A program made the position numbers and the translations under genes. A DNA stretch of 63,672 bases, counting the filler, from Octopus bimaculoides (Eukaryota): NCBI RefSeq assembly GCF_001194135.2. It is 7 parts of 7 records of this genome, joined end to end, with 100 filler letters (N's around TTAATTAATTAA, not from the genome) between each part and the next. Parts side by side here need not be neighbours in the genome. Positions count along the whole stretch, not along the records: positions 47,878 to 62,193 come from NC_068992.1; positions 62,294 to 63,672 come from NC_069005.1; 5 more parts are not named here. The stretch is one strand, 5' to 3'. A model generated the notes under the pieces. It did no database searches. It saw nothing but the letters and a program-made list of their open reading frames with translations, and was not told the DNA's origin. Positions 52,610 through 63,672 of this stretch are shown piece after piece (position 1 is the first letter of the stretch; every line of letters starts with the position of its first letter).

Positions 52610-53349
52610 TGATTCATAGTTCCGTTTGCTATGCAAATTAAGGGTGATTTAATTGGAACCATATATAAACTTTTCTATAAACACTTTACAAGAAAAAATA
52701 GATATTCTTAGAATTCGTTATTCCGTATCTAATAATTTATGCCAGATTATATCTTCAATTAACGAAAGAAAATTATCTAACTTTTATAATTGTAATAGTT
52801 GTAAACGCCTTAATAGTAATACTAATGGAATAAATGTTAGTAATGAAAGTAAATTTGGGACTTTAGTGTACAAGGGGGATACAACCAGTGTCAAATCCCA
52901 TCCCAACCTCATGAATATTAATGAAATGGCAAATAATACGAGTATTAATGAAAATATTTTTTGCGATTGTAGGATTAGAAGTGAATGTTTAATTTAAAAT
53001 CATTGTAAACAAAAGATATAAGGTGATATCTGAGGGTAAAAGTTTCTTCCATATAAGAGCTACTCAAAATTTTGTTAAGAAACGTGTCTCTAACCATCCA
53101 TACACCTTTAATAATAGGAACAGGTCTTCTACCAGCCTCAGTAAATTTATTTGGGACATGAAAGACAAGAAAAAAAGTTTTTCTGTGGAATGGAGGATTA
53201 TAAGCAAGGCAACTGCTTATAAGTCTGGAAACTCCTTTCGCTTTCTTTGTCTAGAAGAGTTATTCCTAATCTTATATTCTAGGAGGCGTCTCTTAAAATG
53301 CTAAAATAGAGACTGTTTCTTTTTTTTTCATATGTTCGCGCATGTAAAC
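52610..53349 (+). mobile_element. Penelope-like element 3' remnant with GIY-YIG endonuclease domain
   Basis: RIRYSVSNNLCQIISSINERKL, a CDCR..SECL zinc-linker, and ATQNFVKKRVSNHPYTFN...TSLSKFIWDMKDKKKSFSVEWRIISKATAYKSGNSFRFLCLEE match the PLE GIY-YIG C-terminal pattern. Confidence 0.75.
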
Positions 53350-53867
53350 GGACTCTTGAAAAACTACCATAAAATATATAACCATCATTGAGGATAAGCG
53401 TTAAATAATGGTTAGTAGATGTAATATTGATAAAATATATATATAATACGATATAATTTTATATTGTATTATATCATATTATATTATATTATATTATATT
53501 ATATATTAGTTAAATGGTGTAGATGGAAATTTTGTTTTCTATACGTGGAAATGTTTTGGTGTTTTACTTTTAATTCAATCAACGCGTTTCTCATAAATGT
53601 ATGGTTGAAATTATTATAATAATTTATAAAACTAAATTTGAGAAGAAACATATTATCTTAATAATAATTACAACTTTAGTGTACTTGGTTTTAATATAAA
53701 TTATCTGTCTATAAATAATATCTGATAATGTTTAGATTTTGCTTTTGTTTACAAAGTTTGTATTGACCGTAGATCTACGCGCAAATATTGATGACGCAAC
53801 ACTACTATAAGGTAATTAACTACCAGTTTTGATACGTCATATTTTTTTAGTTGTTTTCAGTATAAAA

Positions 53868-54047
53868 AAAAAAGTTTTTCTGTGGAATGGCGGATTATAA
53901 GCAAGGCAACTGCTTATAAGTCTGGAAACTCCTTTCGCTTTCTTTGTCTAGAAGAGTTATTCCTAATCTTATATTCTAGGAGGCGTCTCTTAAAATGCTA
54001 AAATAGAGACTGTTTCTTTTTTTTTTCATATGTTCGCGCATGTAAAC
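53868..54047 (+). repeat. Direct duplicate of 53171-53349 (PLE 3' end)
   Basis: About 180 bp that I read as identical except for one substitution (TGGAGG vs TGGCGG). Confidence 0.85.
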
Positions 54048-54937
54048 ATCTACTAACAAACGCATAACTAATTGATGAATGTTACCATATTCTCCCTCAT
54101 ATTCTCTCTCCACCCATCTTTCTTTCTCNNNNNNNNNNNNNNNNNNNNNNNNNNNNNNNNNNNNNNNNNNNNNNNNNNNNNNNNNNNNNNNNNNNNNNNN
54201 NNNNNNNNNNNNNNNNNNNNNNNNNNNNNNNNNNNNNNNNNNNNNNNNNNNNNNNNNNNNNNNNNNNNNNNNNNNNNNNNNNNNNNNNNNNNNNNNNNNN
54301 NNNNNNNNNNNNNNNNNNNNNNNNNNNNNNNNNNNNNNNNNNNNNNNNNNNNNNNNNNNNNNNNNNNNNNNNNNNNNNNNNNNNNNNNNNNNNNNNNNNN
54401 NNNNNNNNNNNNNNNNNNNNNNNNNNNNNNNNNNNNNNNNNNNNNNNNNNNNNNNNNNNNNNNNNNNNNNNNNNNNNNNNNNNNNNNNNNNNNNNNNNNN
54501 NNNNNNNNNNNNNNNNNNNNNNNNNNNNNNNNNNNNNNNNNNNNNNNNNNNNNNNNNNNNNNNNNNNNNNNNNNNNNNNNNNNNNNNNNNNNNNNNNNNN
54601 NNNNNNNNNNNNNNNNNNNNNNNNNNNNNNNNNNNNNNNNNNNNNNNNNNNNNNNNNNNNNNNNNNNNNNNNNNNNNNNNNNNNNNNNNNNNNNNNNNNN
54701 NNNNNNNNNNNNNNNNNNNNNNNNNNNNNNNNNNNNNNNNNNNNNNNNNNNNNNNNNNNNNNNNNNNNNNNNNNNNNNNNNNNNNNNNNNNNNNNNNNNN
54801 NNNNNNNNNNNNNNNNNNNNNNNNNNNNNNNNNNNNNNNNNNNNNNNNNNNNNNNNNNNNNNNNNNNNNNNNNNNNNNNNNNNNNNNNNNNNNNNNNNNN
54901 NNNNNNNNNNNNNNNNNNNNNNNNNNNNNNNNNNNNT

Positions 54938-55804
54938 GTTAAGAGAAGAATGGCGGATAATTCTCGTTGGGAGGCCTCTGACAGCAGAACATGTTGATGT
55001 CAGTCTCAGAACAGCTGTCAGGTATCTCCACAAACTTGGTTGCAATGGTAGAGTAATAAGAAGGAAGCCACTTCTTTGACCAGCCAATATCAAGCAGAGT
55101 AAAGATTGGGTCAGTGAGATGGTGGAGAGGCTACTAGCATCTTGGGACACTGTCATATTCTCCAGTGACTCCAAAGTTGCTGTATTTTCTGACAGTGGTC
55201 GAGTGTGGTTCTGGAGACTCTGTGATCAAGAATTTGACTTAAAAAGTTTGCAGCCAACAATGAAACATGACAGCTATTCTGTGATGGTCTGGGGAGCAAT
55301 TTGGAGCAATGGTCAATCAGAGCTGGTGGAGTGTGAGGACAACATAAACTCAGATAAATATGTATCCATATTGCAGAAAGGATACCTTCCAATCTTCTCT
55401 AGGGGTGAAGTGATTAAAGAAGACTCTTTATTTATGGAAGATGGGGCTCCTTGTCACACGGCTAAAATGACCCAAGATTTGTTGAATGAGAATGGCATTA
55501 AAAAGCTTCCATGGCTAAGCCAGTCACCAGATATGAACCCTATTAAACACCTCTGGGGCATAATGGACAGGATACTTCATACAAAGAGCAAGAAAGTATC
55601 TTCAAAGCCAGATCTTTTGAGATTACTGCATGAAACTTAGCAAGAAATTCCTCGAGAGAATATTCGTCATTTTATCATTAACAAACCTAATAGGGTCATG
55701 TCTACTAAATATTAAGTATTCATATTATAACAGTTAATAAATAATTTCAGATTTAGATAAATGTTAACGATCATAAGGGTGTCTATTTACTTCTGTCAAG
55801 TCTG
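54938..55804 (+). mobile_element. Tc1-like transposon, defective copy 2 (DD34E spacing)
   Basis: MEDGAPCH...SPDMNPIKHLW has 34 residues between D and the E position (mutated to K). It ends ...CTTCTGTCAAGTCTG|TA. The 5' part is in a gap. Confidence 0.85.
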
Positions 55805-55811
55805 TATATAT

Positions 55812-56240
55812 ATCATTTTACTGGTTTCACTCATTAGGCTGCAGCCATATTGGAACACCACCTTGAAGGATTCAATCGAACAAATTAACCATAGTATTGT
55901 TTTTTTTTTTCAAGTCTGGTACTTATCTTATCGATCTCTTTGTGCTTCACTGTCATGTTGCGGGAATGCAAACAAACCAACACCGGTTGTCAAGTGGTTG
56001 TGAGGGTCAAACTAAATCACAAAGACACACATATAGACACACACACACACACGTATTATACACACACACACACACACACGACAGACTTCTCTCAGTTTCG
56101 GTTTACCAAATCCACTCACAAGGCTTTGGTCAGCCCGAGGCTATAGTAAAAGAAACTTACCCAAGTTGCCACTCAGTAGGACTGAACCAAGAACTTTGTG
56201 GTTGGGAAGCAAACTTCTTACCATGCAGTCACGCTTACAC
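55812..56240 (-). mobile_element. SINE family 1, full-length diverged copy on the minus strand
   Basis: Reverse complement colinear with 27518-27920. Confidence 0.8.
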
Positions 56241-56254
56241 TTGTGCGTGCGTGC

Positions 56255-56522
56255 GTGCGAAGGTAAGTCAAAAATTATACACACACTTGTTTCTGTAATT
56301 TATTGAAACAAAAGCAAGGGTTGAACAATTACATCCTTTTCCGACATAGTCACCTTGCTCTTCGATGCACTTCTTCCATCGGAGAAGGTTTTCAGATGGT
56401 CGCACAGCCATTTATGCACCGCTTCCTGCGTTTTTTTTCGTCCTTAGCAAATCGACGACCTCATAAAGGATATTTGAACGGGTCAAAGAGGTAATAGTCG
56501 TAAGGGCGAGATTTGGACTGTA
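56255..56522 (-). mobile_element. mariner transposase C-terminal fragment
   Basis: The minus strand reads approximately YSPNLA.YDYYLFDPFK...GRRF...EAVHKWL...RWKKCIEEQGDYV, i.e. the YSPDLAP.D motif region. Confidence 0.7.
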
Positions 56523-56542
56523 TTTAAACAGAAAATGAAAAG

Positions 56543-56903
56543 TAATTAAAATACAATAGTGATTTTTTTGTAATTTTTCATTATCCCACTCCTACCTCAC
56601 CCCGCTATAAATCCTAGAATTTCTGCTTTTTACGAAATGTTTTTATATCTGCAATTTATTTCTGCTTGTAATTTCAAAATAATTTTCAGATGGAAAGGTG
56701 TGAGATTTAAAGGAAATTTGACAATTGTTTCTAGCACATCCCATGACCATCTGGTACCTTCCTCGTTTCTTTGTCAGTCTAACATGTATTGATGTTTTTC
56801 ATAAACACGTTTTGTAAAAAGCAGAAATTTTAGGAGTTATGGCGGGGTGAGGTGGGAGTGGGGTAATGAAAAATTATAAAAAATTTCTATTGTATTTTAA
56901 TTA
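56543..56903. mobile_element. MITE-like foldback with ~105-bp inverted arms
   Basis: 56543-56646 (TAATTAAAATACAATAG...CCCACTCCTACCTCACCCCGC...TTTCTGCTTTTTAC) mirrors 56800-56903. Confidence 0.7.
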
Positions 56904-56988
56904 AATCCATAGCGGGGATTTAAGCTACAACAAAAAATGAATTTTGAAATGTAAATTTTTAACCCACTTCCCGCAACAAACGAGTTCA

Positions 56989-57045
<57 letters not shown>

Positions 57046-58854
57046 GTGTGTGTGCGCGCGCGCGTGTGTAAAAAGCATATTTACTAACAGAAAAGTATGC
57101 TATTAAAATAAATATTTTACATAACTTTTCTAATCACTCTGTAGCCCTAATGAAATTCCTTACACACATGCATACACACACACTGACACACAACCGCACA
57201 CACACACACACACACATACACACTGTATGAGTGATATACTTTTACAGAGAGTGAGAGAGTGTGTGGTAGATGTATAAAGAGAGGGATAAGTTTAGCATGA
57301 GAAAAGCGAAAAATGAAAGATATACATCGAAAGAGAGTGTGATCCTTTCTGTTGATATTTTTAAATTAAGAGAAAATTTTCAAATTTGGTAGATTTATGT
57401 ACTTTTTCACGCTGAATCCGATTTTGTAATTCATTTATTCCAGAAATGTTTTAGGAAAATGTTACAGCCGTTTGAAGTTTGATCATTTTCAGCCAATCAG
57501 AAATCATCAGTATTTGTGCTTAGTAGCTGTGTATCATAAAATGGAATCAAACATTAGAAGACAAAGTTTTAAATAAATTGAAAGCAATGCCTGAGAAATA
57601 ATGCAGAGAGAGAGAGGGGGGAGAGAGGGAGAGAGGGAGAGAGAAATAATGTGATAACTATATAGAGAGGGGTTTAGGCGTAAAAGAGGGAGAGAGCGTG
57701 ATGCTGACAGATAGAGAGTGGGAGATTTGTCGATCTAAAAATTGAGTTATTTCTCGTAACAATATTTTTTTTATTTTCAGACGTCTTTGGGACGCACATT
57801 TCGAAAATCTAATTCGTTTTTCTCGAGGACGCACCATTTCAGGACCTTTCGGGGCCAAACGCACATACATAACCACATCCACTCGCATTTATATAGTAGA
57901 CATATATTTATATGTATATAGATAGACAGACACAGACATATGTGTGTTTTGTGTGTGTATGTATACACACACACATATATGCACACAAACACATATACAC
58001 TCACACAAACATACACACACGAAGCTGGCTCTCCCTGTCACTAGCCATCTTTCCTCACAGTCTCCCAAACTCAGCTTAGCAAAGACTGCGTCACAGACGA
58101 TAGTATTCTTCTTTAAAATCAGAAGCTTCTAATAATTCCTAGTTCTGTTTTGAAAGTATGTGTAACCTACAATATATTTGGGTCCGTGCTGTACTACGCA
58201 TACAAACATCATATCCCACTTTCCACTAAAGCTCTCCCCAAGGACGTGTTGTCACCCTTCTCTGCAGTTTTCTATCATTACTACAGACGACTCGTATTCT
58301 CTTGTGCCACGTCAATTCAGATCCTTTCGATCCTTCGACATGTCATCCATACTCTTCCGTAACAATTTAACCCATTCCTTCCTTATTTTCGATGTATCCT
58401 CTATACTTGTCAGCAAGGCATTAACCATGTCGATTTTGCAGAGGTTGAAATCCCGACAATACCATAGGTACAACTTCTATCTCCAGATTAAATAATAATG
58501 TCCAAGAAAGTCAACAACATAGTGAGAAGTTAGTCAGTTAGATTGATCTCAGTACCTAAAAGGTACTTTATGATATTAGCCCCAAAAAGATGAAAACCGA
58601 ATAGTTCTATTTGAGATTTGTATCCAGAACTTAAAGTAAAGCGTCATAACTAATTGCATTAAGAACTAACGATTCTACCAGACCGAAGACTAAAAAATAA
58701 AATTGTAGAGAATGACATCAAAAGATTTTCCCTTGAAAAAAAAATACAGTAAAATTACCTCCCTTGAATTAGTTTAGTAGGTTTAGTCTAAAGTTGTTTC
58801 CCTTGCGAAGTTGTATTAGCTAGTCATACTATCAATGCATGGCATAATATGCAT

Positions 58855-59035
58855 TAAGGTAGCGAGCTGGCAAGATACGTTGCAGCATTTCGTCCGTCTT
58901 CATGTTCTGAGTTCAAATTCCACCGAGGCTGGTTGTGCCTTTCATCCTTTTGGGGGTCAATAAGATATGCACCAGTTGAGCAATGGGATCGATGTAATCG
59001 ACTGAGCTTCTGGCCTTGTGCTAAAATTTGAAACC
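58855..59035 (+). mobile_element. SINE family 3 copy
   Basis: TTCTGAGTTCAAATTCCACCGAGG...GCCTTTCATCCTTTTGGGGGTC...GGCCTTGTGCTAAAATTTGAAACC. Confidence 0.65.
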
Positions 59036-59093
59036 CTTATACTCAACGCAGAACATTTTCCAAGCTGCAATATAATCCAAAGGAAAAACAATA

Positions 59094-60269
59094 TGAGGGT
59101 CGGCTGAAAAGTTCATAGGCTGACCACAATACTCTCATGGAATATGTTTGTATTTTTTTTCCCCCAACATAGTCCTCCTTGTGCTCCACACACTTCTTTC
59201 ATTGATGTTGCAGTGCTTAGATTCCATTGGTAAAGAAGCTTTCATCCTGTTGGACAAAAAAGTCATCAACAGCAGATATGATGCCATTATCAGTGTAATA
59301 TTAGTTCCCAGTCAAGTGGTTTTTTCATGTTGGGGAGCTGATGATAGTGAGATAAGGCCAAATCAAGAGAATAGGGAGGGTGATCAATCAGTTCAAAGCC
59401 ACAGTCATCCACAGCACCCATTGAAACCAAAGATTGTGCTGGACCATTGTCCTCCTGGCTGGTTGTTCTTGTGAGCCTTTTATGACTACCCAAGTTAGCA
59501 TCGTACTCTCCAATGATGGTGCATCCCAAAAAACTGAGGCCATTATCTCCCGTGCAGATGAAACAACCTTGGCCTGCTTTCAAGCTGGTTTAGGAGGTGT
59601 GTTTCCACTGCATAGATTGTCTCTTTATCTCTGGCTCAAAGTGATGAAGCCAACACTCATCCTGGGTTAGAGAACATTAAAAAAAAAACAGCTGGATCTG
59701 CCTCAAACAATGTTAGATTTTCTCATGATGTGATCCACCTGGAGCACTTTTGATCAGGTGTCAGAAGACGTGGCACTCACTGAGCAGAAACCTTCATCCG
59801 GCCAAATGCATTGTGCAGAATATTCCCAACTCTATCATGGGAAATGCTAATACCATTGGCTATTTAATTTAAAATCAATCATCTGTCATCCATCACCATA
59901 AGATGAACGCAATCAATGTTTTCCCCCGTGCTGGTAGTTGGAGGACGTCCAGACCTTGGGTCATCTTCAAGATTCTCCCTTCACCTCCTAAATTCAGCTG
60001 CCTACTTTTAGACTGTTGATAAAGCTAGAACATCATTCCCTAATGTAGAAACCACATCGGCATGAATGTCCTTAAGGGCTAAACTCTTTTTCTGCAAGTA
60101 ATTGATGATATCGCAAAGCCAAATCTTGTTCATTTTCAAGAGAAGTTGCTCCTAGTTACTTTTAAAGTCTTCTTTGAACAGTCAGATATCAGTTTATCTG
60201 GAGTTGAAAATAATGCAAGATTTCACAGCTCCAGCATCACTTCTTCAAAGTCAGTCTATGAACTTTTCA
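59094..60269 (-). mobile_element. mariner element, defective, with both terminal inverted repeats
   Basis: The minus strand reads QEDNGPAQS..VSMGAVDDCGFELIDHPPYSLDLALS. TIR GGCTGAAAAGTTCATAGGCTGAC (about 59102-59124) mirrors GTCAGTCTATGAACTTTTCA (60250-60269). TA lies at 59092-59093. Confidence 0.85.
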
Positions 60270-61149
60270 ACAGCATGAAAGAAATCAAAAGGTACAGATG
60301 ATATATTTCAGTATACTAGTTGCAGAATTAAATTTCTTCTATTTTGAATTTCAAAATGCTTCTTTCACTCTTACGTTAGATTTTTCTTTCTTTATTTTTC
60401 CTCTTTCTTTTTCTTTATAAAATCTGTCAGTTGTTAACAATTCAGAAATAATACCATGTTTTGGGATTGAAGAAATTGTTGAAAAAGTTCTGGTGGTGTA
60501 CTTATAGTGAAACTCAGTCTAAAAAGCATTGTAAATTACAGTGCAAAGCCTTTCCTCTGATGTTTTCATTCTGTCATTGTTTCTTGGGGTTGAATCTGAG
60601 ACTTCAATAAAAGCATTCTTTTCATGTTTCATTTTATTCATCAGCCATAATCAAGTCCTGTATTGCTCCAGTTAAGGAAATTTCCCAAATTTTAACCAAA
60701 ATTGAAACCCAAGATGAATAACAGTGAGTTGAACTAAAGTACTTAAGTGGCTACCAAAATGCAAACACAAAGAGTAGCAATCTAATGAAATTTCTGAATT
60801 TCAAAAGCTATCAAACTAGTTTACAATATCAAGTTTGTCAGCATCTATTGTTGAACAAGCTAACCAAGCACCAGTGAAGTCAGCAATAGCGTGCTGACCA
60901 TAGGAGCTCTTTCCAGCAATTTTCAATGCACTACTGACACTTTTGATATGGATAATGATCATTGCAATTAACATGAAAATGCCACAGAACAAAGAAAGAC
61001 AGATCTTGAATATGATCAAAGAAACAAATTTGCTGATCTCAAAGTGTCCATAACAGTTGATAATTACTTCATACTGAACTGTTTAATGCAGGATATTGAT
61101 ATTTTTGAAAATTAAAAGAAATAGATGCTGTATATACCAAATCTGTAGG

Positions 61150-61202
61150 GGATTACAAGTAAAACAGGTGTTAGTTTAATCATAGAACAAAGGCTGCATA
61201 TA

Positions 61203-61236
<34 letters not shown>

Positions 61237-61975
61237 AAACTATTTTCTAAATATCAAACATCATTCACAAAAGATTAGTTTTCTGACTGGAAAGATGTAC
61301 TCAGAATTCTGGCAAACTATGAAGATAGCATAGACTATAAGAGGGCAATGTTGTGTTGGATAACAAGAAAAATGAATAAAAAGACACTGCGGATCAGAAA
61401 CTTAAAGAACTGGTGTGAAATATAGAGTCCTATTTTGAAATACTGAAAACAGTTGTAGCTGTTATAATGTTTTTATATGAAAGAGTTTGGCATTTTTGAA
61501 GTCATAAGAGGAACAAGGGTTTACCAAATAATTGAAACTTTATGAGGACCATTTGACTTGCAGCAGAGTACAACTCGTTTTTACATGAATTTGAGAAATA
61601 TTAGAATGAAAAAAATCATTACTATTTATGTATCCAGAACTGTGTATGAAGAATTGATAGAAGTCACAAGAAAATATGCTCATGATGAAAGTTTGAATCA
61701 AATTAACAACTAATACACTAGATTTTAGTTGACTCTACACCTGACCTGACACATGTTGACCACCAGATAATTATGACTTGATACAATTTAGACCCTGCGA
61801 GAGATTTTTTAACATTCTTAACAACATAAAACCATTCGTCCATGACTGTTTCCAATTAAATACAAATTTTGAGTGAAATAAACTTTCATTTAAAACCGTC
61901 CATAGTCAGCCTGTCAATAAGGGATCTAACACAAAGGAATCAGAGAAAGGGTTACAAACACTTTTCAAAAACATT
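61150..61975 (+). mobile_element. hAT-superfamily transposase fossil (ZMYM1-like type)
   Basis: Fragments FSDWKDVLRILANYEDSIDYKRAM, VSRTVYEELIE and VDSTPDLTHVDHQII, with many stops. Confidence 0.65.
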
Positions 61976-61980
61976 AACAT

Positions 61981-62144
61981 AGGCACAGGAGTGGCTGTGT
62001 GGTAAGTAGCTTGCTTACCAACCACATGGTTCCAGGTTCAGTCCCACTGCATGGCACCTTGGGCAAGTGTCTTCTAGTATAGCCTCAGGCTGACCAAAGC
62101 CTTGTGAGTGGGTTTGGTAGACAGAAACTGAAAGAAGCCCGTCG

Positions 62145-62177
<33 letters not shown>

Positions 62178-62193
62178 TTGTGTGTGTGTGTTG
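61981..62193 (+). mobile_element. SINE family 1, 5' half ending at a gap
   Basis: Near-identical to 27518-27720. Confidence 0.85.
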
Positions 62194-62583
62194 NNNNNNN
62201 NNNNNNNNNNNNNNNNNNNNNNNNNNNNNNNNNNNNNTTAATTAATTAANNNNNNNNNNNNNNNNNNNNNNNNNNNNNNNNNNNNNNNNNNNNATGAAGC
62301 AATTGCTGGCGATCTGTTGGTACACAGTTTTGCCAGAATTCTATCAGATTGGGCAGATGTTGATGCACCATTTTGCATTATGTTCAAAGTAGCTTCTGGA
62401 ATGTGGTGAATTGCAGCAGTCTGTTGCTGTCATTTTAAACCGGTTGCTTTCTTCCCCAGCAAACTCTCTTCTTTGGAGGCATAATCTATGTATATATTAA
62501 ACAGAACAACAAAAGTTATAATAGGATAGCAGGGTCGGTACTTTTCACATTTCTGTAATTTTTCAGATTAACACCCGCACGAT

Positions 62584-62665
62584 TACCCAACCCTAACCTA
62601 ACATTAACCCTAAAACCGTAACTGTAACACTAATCCTAACCGTAACCCTGACCCTCACACCCTAG
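62584..62665 (+). repeat. Degenerate (TAACCC)n telomere-like tract
   Basis: CCAACCCTAACCTAACATTAACCCTAAAACCGTAACTGTAACACTAATCCTAACCGTAACCCTGACCC. Confidence 0.6.
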
Positions 62666-63672
62666 TGAAAATCGTGGTATATTTACAAAACATTGACGAA
62701 CAGGAGTTATATTTTACTGAATGATTGTGTACTTGCACGTGTATGCGTTTGAGAGATGGGGAGAAAGGAATAGAGGTAGTTAAAAGTTTTCTTATGACGG
62801 CTTCTCTTCACTGCCTATTACTTCATTAGAAATATACGGATGCACTTACGCACATAAGAGAAAAATGAAACAAATATGGATGACTTGCTCCGAAACACCA
62901 CCGAGTGGGGTACATTTCTCAAAAATAACTTGCAGTTGTTTCCTTCCAAATTCCTACATGCATGAAATGTACATACATCAAAGTATACTTGTAGAAAATT
63001 TCATGAAAAAATATTCATTTTCCTGAAATTTAAGTGGAATATCCGAAAATTGTCCCCCACCCCTCCCAAAACACTTTCACCGAAAATTTTTGTATATTCG
63101 AAATCTACATAATTAATAATATATGCATAGAAAAAATTTCATAAAAAAGTATTCATTTTTCTGAAAGTTATGACCTTCCAAAGTGGGTGGTACAACTCTG
63201 TAGTTATGCCACATTGACGAACGTGAATGATTGTGTTTACTTGCACGTGTATGCGTTTGAGAGAGGAAGAGGGGCAGATAGAGAACGGGAGCAATGTGTA
63301 TGTTGTCACAGATTATGTATGTGTGGTTGTGTGTGTTTTTATGTATCAATGTTATGAAAAATAGGTAAAGAATACTGAGAAGAAAGTTTAATCTATGACG
63401 TTGTATGTATCACTTTCTCTCTCTGTTGAGCGCGTGTGTAAGAACGCTGTTCCAGGTAGAAGGGAAGAAATATAAAAGTTGCTAGAAACAACAGCCAAAT
63501 CTCCCTTAAATCACGAAGTAAACGGAATTTAAAAAATATAATTACTGCACTGGAAAGTTCACATCGAGAAAATTCCATTGATGTAAAAAAAATTTTACGA
63601 AGAAGTGGAAAATGTGGATTTCTATAAACTTTTAAAAAGCTTCATACAGACACACAACTTCAGCTTTATATA

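Noticed and set aside
53783-53845. TGATGA...GATACGTC between the duplicated PLE ends as a hammerhead
   Set aside because: The core has at least two defects (missing C3, GAUA for GAAA) and stem II is unconvincing; at best a dead relic.
60300-61100. Possible minus-strand hAT C-terminal remnant
   Set aside because: The resemblance was too weak to support without a profile search.

Overview
AT-rich, microsatellite-saturated eukaryotic DNA with many assembly gaps. It is most likely a cephalopod (Octopus-like) draft scaffold; this is inferred from repeat content and gap style, not verified. I found one protein-coding exon: the 3' part of exon 1 of a central-class Hox gene on the + strand (7911-8442). 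It encodes poly-S/N/G tracts and the hexapeptide context PQIYPWMRRM, best matching Scr/Hox5, and ends at a canonical GT donor. I could not find the homeobox exon in the ~55 kb of resolved sequence downstream, so it lies in a gap or outside the window. The rest is a graveyard of transposable elements: three SINE families, Tc1 (DD34E), maT-like (DD37D) and mariner DNA transposons, a hAT fossil, RTE-like, CR1/L2-like and R4/Dong LINE fragments, Penelope-like remnants and MITE-like foldbacks. Nearly all ORFs in the supplied track are translations of microsatellites or N-runs. The most interesting unexplained signals are a 26-bp near-perfect hairpin of pre-miRNA size in the Hox intron, several minimal type I hammerhead-ribozyme-like motifs, a double-MITE foldback, a head-to-head (twin-priming-like) RTE insertion and a SINE-LINE shared 3' tail. 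No clearly new biological system is demonstrable from the sequence alone; these are candidates for testing.
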